Shown here one piece after another: positions 34,256 to 42,326 of a DNA stretch of 48,758 bases; positions within the stretch are counted from its first letter, which is position 1, and each line of letters begins with the position of its first letter. A model generated the notes under the pieces. The model saw only the letters and a program-made list of their open reading frames with translations. It searched no databases and was not told the origin of the DNA. Made by a program: the position numbers and the translations under genes. The DNA is from a virus. The stretch lies in the IMG/VR virus record IMGVR_UViG_3300031087_000003; one strand, given 5' to 3'.

Positions 34256-34686
34256 TGGCTTATTATGTTCTGGTAAAAGACGGTTATGTTTTTAACGCTA
34301 TCGTTTGGGATGGTCCGGGCGAAAACGGAGAGAATGACCTTGATTTTGGTGAGGGTGTTACTTATCACAGAATTGAAGATGATGAGGGTGTTGGGATTGG
34401 GTGGACCTACTCTGAAGGGAAGTTTACTCCACCACCAGAGCCGGAAATACCTCATGAACAACTTGTACAGCAAGCGGAGAGTGAGAGGAACGCAAGGATT
34501 ACATCAGCTAATTCCGTTTTTTTAGAGTGGCAAACCAAGCTTCTGTTAAACCGCGCCACAGAAGATGAGAAAGTCGCACTAAACAAATGGATTGATTATG
34601 TTGAAGATATCAGGGCTGTTGATACGCAGCAGGCTCCCGATATCACATGGCCCGAAGAACCGCCAATTCCGGAGGCTGGACAGTGA
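34255..34686 (+). CDS. Tail fibre assembly chaperone
   Basis: C-terminus LNRATEDEKVALNKWIDYVEDIRAVDTQQAPDITWPEEP matches the Tfa signature. Confidence 0.75.
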   Translation: MAYYVLVKDGYVFNAIVWDGPGENGENDLDFGEGVTYHRIEDDEGVGIGWTYSEGKFTPPPEPEIPHEQLVQQAESERNARITSANSVFLEWQTKLLLNRATEDEKVALNKWIDYVEDIRAVDTQQAPDITWPEEPPIPEAGQ

Positions 34687-35198
34687 CACTCGATGATATC
34701 GTAAATGCCACGGTGAAAGCTGAGGGTGGTTACGTTAACGACCCGTCCGATAAGGGCGGGGAAACTAACTTCGGTATCACACTGGCAACAGCGCGTGCAA
34801 ATGGTTACAAAGGTGCAATGATTGACCTTCCGCTGCAGACTGCTAAAGATATTTACCTCAACGAGTATCTGATTAAACCGGGGTTCAGTACCTTCCCGTC
34901 TGAGGTGGCTGCAGAGCTGTTTGACACAGGCGTGAACATGGGACCGGCTACCGCAACCAAATTTCTTCAGCGTGCAGTCAATGCACTCTTTGGAAGTGGT
35001 CTGACAGTTGATGGTAAGATGGGACCCGCAACGCGTGGTGCTGTCACGGGGTATCTCGCGTCACGTCCTAACGCATCATCCATCCTTGTGAAGGCTCTCA
35101 ACTGTCTGCAGGGTGTGCGCTACATTGAACTCGTTGAAGGTAACGCTACTCAGCGTAAGTTTATAAATGGGTGGCTGGCAAACCGCGTGGAGATTTAA
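34683..35198 (+). CDS. Endolysin (GH108 muramidase with PG_binding_3)
   Basis: GTG at 34683 with GGAGG SD. EGGYVNDPSDKGGETNFGIT motif. Confidence 0.85.
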   Translation: MTLDDIVNATVKAEGGYVNDPSDKGGETNFGITLATARANGYKGAMIDLPLQTAKDIYLNEYLIKPGFSTFPSEVAAELFDTGVNMGPATATKFLQRAVNALFGSGLTVDGKMGPATRGAVTGYLASRPNASSILVKALNCLQGVRYIELVEGNATQRKFINGWLANRVEI

Positions 35199-35200
35199 CA

Positions 35201-35542
35201 ATGTATTACTTTTTAGCCTTTGTGGTGGGGATTGTCGTTGTGTTATTCATTCTGCAAAAATACACAAAGCTTGAGTTTGTCGCTCATGCGAAATTGTTGT
35301 GGAAAGCGTGGTCAGTGTGGTTATCTGCGCTGGGTGTTGCATTGGGTGTCTATCTTGCCTCAGCACCCGACGCACTTATTCAGGTGTGGCTAATGCTTCC
35401 ACCCGACCTGAAAGCGCTGTTGCCGGTCAACGTGGCGCAGTATATCAGCTATGCTATTATCGCACTGGGTGTCATCTCTAAATTCATCCGCCAGCCGAAG
35501 CTTGAACAACAGCGTAAAGAGATGGAGCAACACCATGACTGA
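35201..35542 (+). CDS. Holin candidate
   Basis: 113 aa with three hydrophobic helices and a charged C-terminus. Lies between the endolysin and spanin genes. Confidence 0.65.
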   Translation: MYYFLAFVVGIVVVLFILQKYTKLEFVAHAKLLWKAWSVWLSALGVALGVYLASAPDALIQVWLMLPPDLKALLPVNVAQYISYAIIALGVISKFIRQPKLEQQRKEMEQHHD

Positions 35543-35807
35543 ATTATACACGTGGCTCGCTGGCGCAGGTGCTGTACTGATTGCTATTGTGGGTGCATGG
35601 TGGAGTGGTCACAGTAAAGGGAAGTCTGTTGCGGAGAGTAAGGCTACAGAGGATAAAGCAGCCGCATCAGTAGCTGCAGCACAGGCTGTTACTGAACGTC
35701 AGTCAACCGTGGTGAAAGAGGCGTCAAATGCTGAACAGAAAGTTGCTAATTCTTCCGATGCTGATGTTGATAACGAGTTGCTCGGTAAGTACACGCGAAA
35801 AAGCTGA
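35535..35807 (+). CDS. i-spanin (Rz-like)
   Basis: The ATG overlaps the holin stop. N-terminal TM helix LAGAGAVLIAIVGAWW followed by a helical region. Confidence 0.65.
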   Translation: MTELYTWLAGAGAVLIAIVGAWWSGHSKGKSVAESKATEDKAAASVAAAQAVTERQSTVVKEASNAEQKVANSSDADVDNELLGKYTRKS

Positions 35808-35982
35808 GCCTGTTGTTGTGGACACAGCGTGCAACTGGGTGAAACGTATTTACGTAACGGAAAATGATGTGAAGGTTATGGACCGCCAGACCAAGCGCGA
35901 CATTTTAACCCATAACCAGAAGATGGATGCTATTTGTTCACCGGACGGTCACGCGGGTCAAGCTCAAGCTTCTGCTCAATAA
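35728..35982 (+). CDS. o-spanin lipoprotein (Rz1-like), overlapping the i-spanin
   Basis: Lipobox LITSC after a signal sequence. Starts in a different frame inside the i-spanin gene. Confidence 0.65.
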   Translation: MLNRKLLILPMLMLITSCSVSTREKAEPVVVDTACNWVKRIYVTENDVKVMDRQTKRDILTHNQKMDAICSPDGHAGQAQASAQ

Positions 35983-36367
35983 GTGTCAGTCGTACGTTCT
36001 GCTGTACCTGCCGGTCTTTGAGACTTTCCATCTGAGAGTAGTTCCAACCAAGAAGTCCAAGGACGGACGGTAAGAAAAGGCTGATAACCACGATGACGGC
36101 GGTGACGCCTTTGGAGTGGAGGAATACGGTCTTGCCAATCTCGCTAATCTGCGCCTGCTGCGCACTTAACGTCTGATTAAGTTTCTCAATTCCGGTAGTG
36201 AGCAGCACTTCCACACGCTCAACGTGTTCCTTTGTGAACTTATTCTCACTCTGATTGACGATAAGCTGTTGCACAGCCTGATTCAGAGTGCGGATATCCT
36301 GCCGGAATTCTGTTACATCTTCCCGTAAGGCTTCGATTTTGTCAGCACTCACAATAATATCGTCCAC
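35930..36367 (-). CDS. Coiled-coil membrane protein (GTG start, uncertain)
   Basis: 145-aa ORF with TM helix AVIVVISLFLPSVLGLLGW. 3' end overlaps the o-spanin by 53 nt. Confidence 0.45.
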   Translation of the reverse strand: MDDIIVSADKIEALREDVTEFRQDIRTLNQAVQQLIVNQSENKFTKEHVERVEVLLTTGIEKLNQTLSAQQAQISEIGKTVFLHSKGVTAVIVVISLFLPSVLGLLGWNYSQMESLKDRQVQQNVRLTLIEQKLELDPRDRPVNK

Positions 36368-36450
36368 GATTCTACCGTTATTAATCTTAATAATAACTTA
36401 ATCATGAGGCAGAGTCGAGTTTATAGCAATGAGAGTAATCTTAGAGGTAA

Positions 36451-36467
36451 AGCCGCACGAGGCGGCT
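36451..36467 (-). terminator. Hairpin after the polymerase C-terminal fragment (weak)
   Basis: AGCCGC-ctcgt-GCGGCT then TTTACC on the minus strand. Confidence 0.35.
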
Positions 36468-37119
36468 ATTTGAGGAGGGGTAAAACGAGTTTCTCTGCTT
36501 CAGCAATGTACCAGTCATAACATATCGCTGACCAGTCAAAGTCCTTAGCATCTGCACACTCTGTTACACGGTGACCGGCACAGATACCCGTCTCACGTAC
36601 TGCAGTGTGTTTACTACGTGATTTGGTGTGAATGCGTTCATCCCACGGTATACCAGCTGCATCTGTGTCACCGGGCTGTCCCGTAATCTCACGCATTACC
36701 GAATAGTAGTCATCATCCTTCACACCGTTCTTACGCTTCCACGTACCGGGCTGTCCGGTAGGCTGTAACAACTTAACGAGTGAACCACCTGTACGGCTGA
36801 TGAAGTACCGCGTGGTATTCTGCAATTCCTGCTCGGCACTCCATTCCGGCCAGCGCATAACAAGTGTCGCCGAACGTGGCACTTTAGCGCGTAACATGAA
36901 ATCGAACTGGTCGCGGTGAGAGGTGATAAAGCTGCGGATATCCTTACCGTGTACCAGTGCTGCTTCTGCTGCCATTGGTACAATCATTGCAGATGGGTCC
37001 TGATGATACTGGTATTTATATTCGTATGCTCCTTTCCTTTTAATTTTCATATTTCCAAGACTCCCTACTTGCGTGGTTGGGGTGATATCCAAAATCCTTT
37101 TCGGCTTTTTTTCTAACAC
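36466..37119 (-). CDS. Family-B DNA polymerase, C-terminal fragment (thumb; likely start at 37050)
   Basis: KIKRKGAYEY resembles the PolB KxY motif. GGGAG SD precedes the Met at 37050. Confidence 0.65.
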   Translation of the reverse strand: MLEKKPKRILDITPTTQVGSLGNMKIKRKGAYEYKYQYHQDPSAMIVPMAAEAALVHGKDIRSFITSHRDQFDFMLRAKVPRSATLVMRWPEWSAEQELQNTTRYFISRTGGSLVKLLQPTGQPGTWKRKNGVKDDDYYSVMREITGQPGDTDAAGIPWDERIHTKSRSKHTAVRETGICAGHRVTECADAKDFDWSAICYDWYIAEAEKLVLPLLK

Positions 37120-37585
37120 GTATCGCTTCTGATTTATCTTTGTAAGTTCCTAAGTCGTACCGAATGCCCTGATGAGAAATTCGTGCCAACCAATTATTAC
37201 CGTTTCGCGTTACTCCGCGACAGCCCGACGTATTATCCTTTCGTTCGCCTTGATTTCTTGAGTTTTCAAAAGCGTCGACTAAACGTAAATTAGAGTATCT
37301 GTTGTCTTTTCTGTCACCGTTGATATGGTCTATTTCACCATCTGGATGTTTGCCCGTTTCATGAAACCATGCGAGACGGTGAACGAGGAAATACAATCCG
37401 CGTATATTAACCCAGTAGTATCCGCGATTATTACTTTCAGTTATTGGTATATCACAGGGTTTACACTGTCCCTTGCTGAAGTATCGTTTGATTCTTCGCA
37501 TAACTCCTGTGGTTGGCTCATATGAGAAATGTTCCTTGAAATACAGAGTCGTCAGCTCTTCACGGTTTTTAAATTTCCATTGCAT
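37040..37585 (-). CDS. HNH-AP2 homing endonuclease inserted within the DNA polymerase gene
   Basis: DHINGDRKDNRYSNLR..ENSRN, then an AP2-like GVTRNGNNWLARI module. Paralog of 10787-11341. Confidence 0.85.
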   Translation of the reverse strand: MQWKFKNREELTTLYFKEHFSYEPTTGVMRRIKRYFSKGQCKPCDIPITESNNRGYYWVNIRGLYFLVHRLAWFHETGKHPDGEIDHINGDRKDNRYSNLRLVDAFENSRNQGERKDNTSGCRGVTRNGNNWLARISHQGIRYDLGTYKDKSEAIRVRKKAEKDFGYHPNHASRESWKYEN

Positions 37586-37636
37586 AATTTATACCATTGC
37601 GATTTGATTTATGACTACTATATCACTGAGAAAGGT

Positions 37637-39169
37637 TTAGTCAATAGTGATTAAATAATTGTTGACATCCCTCTGATACAGTGACTTGACGATGTCGGTT
37701 TCAAGCCCGAGCATTGTGTCACTTTCCCATTGCTCACTGATGGACTCAACCAAATTGTCATATATAGCTGGATAGTATATGACGGCGCCGTCAGTATTCG
37801 TTTGCGGTATAACAACATCTGGCACTTGAGCAAGCAATCTGTCCACCAACATAGCCAGACAAAGTTGTCCGGTAATGGTAATGCTCAATAGGCATTTGTG
37901 GTCGCAGAAAGGACTGTACTTACTGCCCATGTTGCCGAATGTCCCGTTAAGTGCCAGTTTCAACGTGGCATCGACAATCTTATCACCGGCTCGTTTTGCA
38001 TCGCGTCGCTTAAAGAAAAGCTGCTCATACACGTCACAGAATGTTTCTCCAAGGTGTTCCGGAAAATATCTGTTTTTGATACTTATTGAGGGGTACATGC
38101 TTGTGACATCTTTGTTCTTTAGTAAATATTCTTCAGATGAATGAAAGACACAGTTCGGAATTCCACTGTGGATACCTCCGAGGCCAAAAGAATATTCAAC
38201 ACCATCGACAACCACGCTCATGTCGTTAAAGACGCCTTTGGTGGTAAGTAGTTCATCCTGTTGTTTCTTACTGAGGACAACATTTCGCATGCGCTCCAGA
38301 ATCTGATTGAATTCGGGTCGCGCAAATTTGATGTAGGAAGGTATACAATCAGCAAGTTCAATACGTTCCCGAATTGTTGCACCAGAACAACGGACACCGG
38401 CTTTTTCCAGCTCATTTACGAAAATGTCTTTACCAATCTTCGTGTCCGCATGGTTCATGAAGTTCTTACCATACGTGGCGGTCAGTTCCTCACGGAAGGT
38501 AATCTTTTCCAGACAGCGCACATAAAACTTCAGCGTCTCGCGGACGTCGTGTTTGTTGTACTCAATCAGGATGTCCTTCTGTGCATCATCCAGTGTTGCG
38601 CCCACGGGGAATGGCAGGTCCTTAACGTTACGGGACTGCATGGCTACTTCCAGTGCCTTCAGACTGGTGCGACGTGCCTTGTTATCGAAGTGATTAATTT
38701 TGTAGAGGTCAATCTGCTGAAATACCTGTTCACGGTCCCACACCATGTTAGCCCAGCTATTTTCGTTGTTCGACTCGATAACCTGTTGTGCTTTGGCAAA
38801 GATTTGCTGTGGAGTAACACCCGCGTGTTGCTGAACCAGCCAGTGCATGATTGGATAGTCAAACTCAAGGTTGTTGAAGCCAATACCGCGTGCGCCAGAA
38901 CGTCCCATATTGTGCACCATATCGACAAGTGCCTGCCAGTCATTACGGCGGTCGGAAATCTCATACATGAGTTCCATACCGGTGGCGGCGTGGATAAAGC
39001 AGCACGTGAAGATGTTAGGAAATGTCTCTTCATCATATCCCCAGTCGCGACTGTCCAGTCCCGCTGGACTGGAAAAAGCACTGTCTGCCCCACAGTGTGG
39101 ACATTTGCTGAGGTCAGCAGGGTAGTTTTTCTGGCAAGTCATATCCTCGCATCTGGATAGGTAGTGCAT
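37637..39169 (-). CDS. Family-B DNA polymerase, N-terminal fragment (exonuclease and palm)
   Basis: ExoI YDEET, ExoII FNNLEFDYP, ExoIII YNKHD. Motif A DVTSMYPS, motif B KLALNGTFG, motif C TNTDG. Confidence 0.85.
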   Translation of the reverse strand: MHYLSRCEDMTCQKNYPADLSKCPHCGADSAFSSPAGLDSRDWGYDEETFPNIFTCCFIHAATGMELMYEISDRRNDWQALVDMVHNMGRSGARGIGFNNLEFDYPIMHWLVQQHAGVTPQQIFAKAQQVIESNNENSWANMVWDREQVFQQIDLYKINHFDNKARRTSLKALEVAMQSRNVKDLPFPVGATLDDAQKDILIEYNKHDVRETLKFYVRCLEKITFREELTATYGKNFMNHADTKIGKDIFVNELEKAGVRCSGATIRERIELADCIPSYIKFARPEFNQILERMRNVVLSKKQQDELLTTKGVFNDMSVVVDGVEYSFGLGGIHSGIPNCVFHSSEEYLLKNKDVTSMYPSISIKNRYFPEHLGETFCDVYEQLFFKRRDAKRAGDKIVDATLKLALNGTFGNMGSKYSPFCDHKCLLSITITGQLCLAMLVDRLLAQVPDVVIPQTNTDGAVIYYPAIYDNLVESISEQWESDTMLGLETDIVKSLYQRDVNNYLITID

Positions 39170-39185
39170 ACTCGGTCCTCTCAGA

Positions 39186-39209
39186 GAGATAAAAGCCCCT
39201 TTCGGGGCT
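39186..39209 (-). terminator. Intrinsic terminator just upstream of the polymerase gene
   Basis: Minus strand reads AGCCCC-gaaa-GGGGCT-TTTAT. Confidence 0.6.
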
Positions 39210-39415
39210 TAAATGTTGTGATACTTTCTTTCTTCATTTATTACATGCTTTGCAATTTCGTCAGCTATTTCTCTCACTTTAAGCCTGAACAAATCCTCTC
39301 CTTGCTGGTCCAGACGAAAAGAATTACGTGCTCCAATATCTTTAAATATATTAGACAACAAGGAAACTTCTGACTTCTCTAAACTTGATAAATCCACGGT
39401 GTATTTACTCATCAT
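39209..39415 (-). CDS. Hypothetical protein (68 aa)
   Basis: AAAGGGG SD. Confidence 0.55.
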   Translation of the reverse strand: MMSKYTVDLSSLEKSEVSLLSNIFKDIGARNSFRLDQQGEDLFRLKVREIADEIAKHVINEERKYHNI

Positions 39416-39416
39416 C

Positions 39417-39575
39417 TCACCCCTTTGTATAACCGTCGTAACTGGGTTTATTCAGACCGTTGCGATTGATGTACTCACGGCGCTTCTCTTCGGTCTGACG
39501 TGTCTCGCGCTCCAGCTCTGCCAGCTTCTGGTCAAAGTCATTCAGCGCTTTAGTGTGTTCGTTAAACTGGACCAT
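39417..39575 (-). CDS. Hypothetical coiled-coil protein (52 aa)
   Basis: Unlisted ORF MVQFNEHTKALNDFDQKLAELERE... fills the gap between track ORFs. Confidence 0.45.
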   Translation of the reverse strand: MVQFNEHTKALNDFDQKLAELERETRQTEEKRREYINRNGLNKPSYDGYTKG

Positions 39576-39927
39576 GTAACTTGTCCGCCTCAGTACGTAC
39601 AGATGTCATAACAATGGCATAGAGTGCAAATCCTGCAGCCACCCAATACCAGCCCATTGCAGCTACTACTGCAATCTCCACAAATGAAGTGAAGAACATA
39701 TAGCCTTTATAGAAAGAACCCCGTGGTTTGTATTTCGGCTCTTTAGCAATACTCTTCGCAACTGTGGTAACGATAAAAAGACAGATGATTGCGAGAATCA
39801 GAAGAAACACACCGAGAAAACTTAAAACATTTTCCGCATAAGCTGCATAAGGTAAGTTGAAAAAGCAGACTGCAAGCAAAAACCACAATCCTAAATCCCA
39901 AACCATATGCTTCAATACTCGACTCAT
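39562..39927 (-). CDS. Integral membrane protein (about four TM helices)
   Basis: AAGGGG SD. Hydrophobic throughout. Confidence 0.6.
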   Translation of the reverse strand: MSRVLKHMVWDLGLWFLLAVCFFNLPYAAYAENVLSFLGVFLLILAIICLFIVTTVAKSIAKEPKYKPRGSFYKGYMFFTSFVEIAVVAAMGWYWVAAGFALYAIVMTSVRTEADKLHGPV

Positions 39928-39971
39928 TTTAGTCCCCTTAAATAACCCCGGCTCACACCGGGGCGTTGTGG

Positions 39972-40775
39972 TTAAGCGCGTGGCAGACCTGCAATCACTT
40001 CTTCAGTGAAGCCGGGGAAGCCTAACAGCTGTGATTTGGTGTAAATGGTACCCTGCACGTTGTACTTCTCCTCGGAGGCTACCAGCAGGTCAGTTGCAGG
40101 TGGTGGTACTGGTACAGCCGATGGTGCAACAGGTGCAACAGGTGCAGCTGCTGGAGCGGATGGAGATAGTGCGCCACCAAATACAGAGGCTGCATCAGGG
40201 CCGCTACCTTCACGAACAATCGCTTCACCGACGCGGTTCAGTTCCAGCAGGTTAGGGTTCAGATAAACACCCGGTGTTTTAGAAGGTTTGTTACCCTTCG
40301 CCACGATGTTCACACGGACATAATCGCCCATCTTAATCGCTGCGGCATCCTGAATTGCATCCAGTGGGCTGTACTTGCCAACGTGGTAGCAGTTGTAAGG
40401 GATGCGTGTTGTCAGGTTGACTACCCATTGACCACGTTTATGTGGGTCAGAATTCGGTGCTTTACCGGCTTTGTTTGGGATGTCGCTGTCGCCGTTAACC
40501 ACTTTCCACGAAAAGTCCGGACGACGTGTAGTAGCTGCATCGTAACCGCTCTCCGCATCCATTGCTGCCATAACAATCTGTTTACCCCAGTCGGTATCTT
40601 TCCAGTCTGCTTCAGAGCCTTTAGGGATAGCGATGCCGATGTACACCTCTTTGACAGGCTGACCATCTTTGCCGAGTACCGGCAGTTTGGTGTGCTCATC
40701 AGTGCGGGTGTTCTGCTGCATTGGGTGTCCGTGAATCAGGCGGGCGACTGGGGTAACGAAAGTAAATTGAGCCAT
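39972..40775 (-). CDS. ssDNA-binding protein candidate (T7 gp2.5 / DUF2815-like)
   Basis: GAGAGGA SD. Ala/Pro-rich linker near the C-terminus. Lies next to the Cas4-like nuclease. Family name is from memory. Confidence 0.5.
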   Translation of the reverse strand: MAQFTFVTPVARLIHGHPMQQNTRTDEHTKLPVLGKDGQPVKEVYIGIAIPKGSEADWKDTDWGKQIVMAAMDAESGYDAATTRRPDFSWKVVNGDSDIPNKAGKAPNSDPHKRGQWVVNLTTRIPYNCYHVGKYSPLDAIQDAAAIKMGDYVRVNIVAKGNKPSKTPGVYLNPNLLELNRVGEAIVREGSGPDAASVFGGALSPSAPAAAPVAPVAPSAVPVPPPATDLLVASEEKYNVQGTIYTKSQLLGFPGFTEEVIAGLPRA

Positions 40776-40820
40776 CTTGTAAATCCTCTCTGCTAATTAA
40801 TGTAAAGGTTGTTTTGGTTA

Positions 40821-40952
40821 TTAACGGTTAGTTGTCATAAAATCTTTAACACGGTCATACAGTTCTTCAAGCTCTTCGTCGTCAAAGCCATCAAGAAAAG
40901 CCTGTTCAATCAGTTCTGAAATGATTTTTGCTTCTGCAACTGAAATTTCCAT
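40821..40952 (-). CDS. 43-aa highly acidic protein
   Basis: Unlisted ORF MEISVAEAKIISELIEQAFLDGFDDEELEELYDRVKDFMTTNR. Own promoter at 40983-41011. Confidence 0.45.
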   Translation of the reverse strand: MEISVAEAKIISELIEQAFLDGFDDEELEELYDRVKDFMTTNR

Positions 40953-40982
40953 CTTGTAACCCTCTGCGTTGTTGGTGAGGTA

Positions 40983-41011
40983 ACTTTATCTCAGTCTGAC
41001 GCACTCGTCAA
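40983..41011 (-). promoter_or_regulatory. Sigma70-like promoter with palindromic operator (leftward)
   Basis: Minus strand reads TTGACG-agtg-CGTCAG-N7-TAAAGT. Overlaps the stop codon of the nuclease gene. Confidence 0.6.
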
Positions 41012-42141
41012 CGACTAAATACCATTTTTATTCCACGTTCTGTTACCGGCTCCAGTTTTACACCTGTGGAGGGTGTTTCGGCGTACTGCTCAACCACTGC
41101 CGGGTCGATACCTTTTTTGATGCACTGTGCGGGTGTGTCTACTTCCACGGGTTTGCGGATGTCCACCCCTGACAAATCGCCGAGCATTATCAACTGTTCA
41201 ACCGGAATATCCTTCCTGAACCGCTTACGCCCGTACGTGGGTTTAGCATTGTAGAATGGTACATGTTGTCCCTGTTTAATCTCGTGCAGCGCCTGCTCCT
41301 CCAGCCCACTGAGGCGCATTTTAATCATCTCCTGCGCACGCTGTAACAGCTTTAACTCCACACCGAGGCTGTGGCCTGAGAGCGTGTGAGTCTGTAGCTG
41401 TGCAACATAGTCGATGTTGTCATACCCGGTACGCTGCAGTGCGTCACAGTGTGCACGTGCTGTACAGTTCTTACACTGTGGTCCGGGTGTGCAGAGTGGT
41501 GACTCTGACATCACCTCATGCAGCGCAATGTCAATCTGACTCAGGTAGTCGGACAACTCGTCCATTGTGAGACACCACTTACGCACGGTACCTTCACTGT
41601 GAAATCCACGCGGTTGTACAATGCGCAGTTCAATAATGTCTGGTTCAAACCCATCACCGTTCTGGATGAGTCCACCAGCATAGAGAATCATCGGCCAGTG
41701 TTCGTACACCTCAACCAGTGAGTGACCAAACTTACCATCCCAGATAACGAGATGGTTAAGCGCAGTATTACGCACCGCAACGTCCGGAATACCGAACCAG
41801 CCCGGTAAATGGTGCTCAAGTGACACAGGCTTCTCAACCTGCATCTCACTGCGCGATATACCATGCTTGTTACAGTATCCCCACACGTCGTTGTAATACT
41901 CACGCGCTGCTTCAAACAGTTCCCGTGTGATAACAATACCATCCTGTGACAGACTGCCCACAATGTCACTGAACGGCTCGTTACGGAACAGTTTTTGTGC
42001 CACCTCGTGACAGGCACGTCCCTCCAGCTTACTCTGTGACAATTCCCCCGGCGGACCGGGGTGCAATTGCTGTGCAGCATGGGAGCCGTGACACTTCATC
42101 CACACGTTGGCATCGGATGCTTTGGGGAGTTTTGGGGTCAT
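41008..42141 (-). CDS. PD-(D/E)XK exonuclease with a Cas4-like Cys cluster (DUF2800-like)
   Basis: The Met at 42141 overlaps the upstream TGA. N-terminal KCHGS Cys plus C-terminal C..CKNCTARAHC. Confidence 0.7.
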   Translation of the reverse strand: MTPKLPKASDANVWMKCHGSHAAQQLHPGPPGELSQSKLEGRACHEVAQKLFRNEPFSDIVGSLSQDGIVITRELFEAAREYYNDVWGYCNKHGISRSEMQVEKPVSLEHHLPGWFGIPDVAVRNTALNHLVIWDGKFGHSLVEVYEHWPMILYAGGLIQNGDGFEPDIIELRIVQPRGFHSEGTVRKWCLTMDELSDYLSQIDIALHEVMSESPLCTPGPQCKNCTARAHCDALQRTGYDNIDYVAQLQTHTLSGHSLGVELKLLQRAQEMIKMRLSGLEEQALHEIKQGQHVPFYNAKPTYGRKRFRKDIPVEQLIMLGDLSGVDIRKPVEVDTPAQCIKKGIDPAVVEQYAETPSTGVKLEPVTERGIKMVFSR

Positions 42142-42320
42142 GATGTACATTCCATATGTGCAGACCATCCTTGGTGGTAACCTTCACAAAATGACAGGTA
42201 TGCCCCCTGAGTTAGGAAAGACATGTACCCTTCATCCCCGTTCTTACACCGCCTTAAGTCCAGAGTTTTACCAAAGCGTTTTTTTGCAAACTTTTCGAAC
42301 TCATCCTGCAATCCTGCCAT
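42138..42320 (-). CDS. Hypothetical protein (60 aa)
   Basis: GGGAGTGAGAG SD. Confidence 0.55.
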   Translation of the reverse strand: MAGLQDEFEKFAKKRFGKTLDLRRCKNGDEGYMSFLTQGAYLSFCEGYHQGWSAHMECTS

Positions 42321-42326
42321 AGTCTC

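Noticed and set aside
37586-37636. Possibility that the polymerase interruption is a group I intron or an intein
   Set aside because: Only about 51 nt of non-coding sequence flanks the HNH ORF, too little for an intron catalytic core. The HNH ORF is out of frame with both polymerase fragments, which rules out an intein. RT-PCR is still needed.
38261-39160. 299-aa plus-strand ORF antisense to the DNA polymerase; similar antisense ORFs at 23845-24519, 10024-10533, 6230-6655, 175-567, 46144-46602 and 41688-42080
   Set aside because: The opposite strand carries genes with clear catalytic or structural motifs. These shadow ORFs lack SD sites and have low-complexity or Cys/His/Arg-rich translations.
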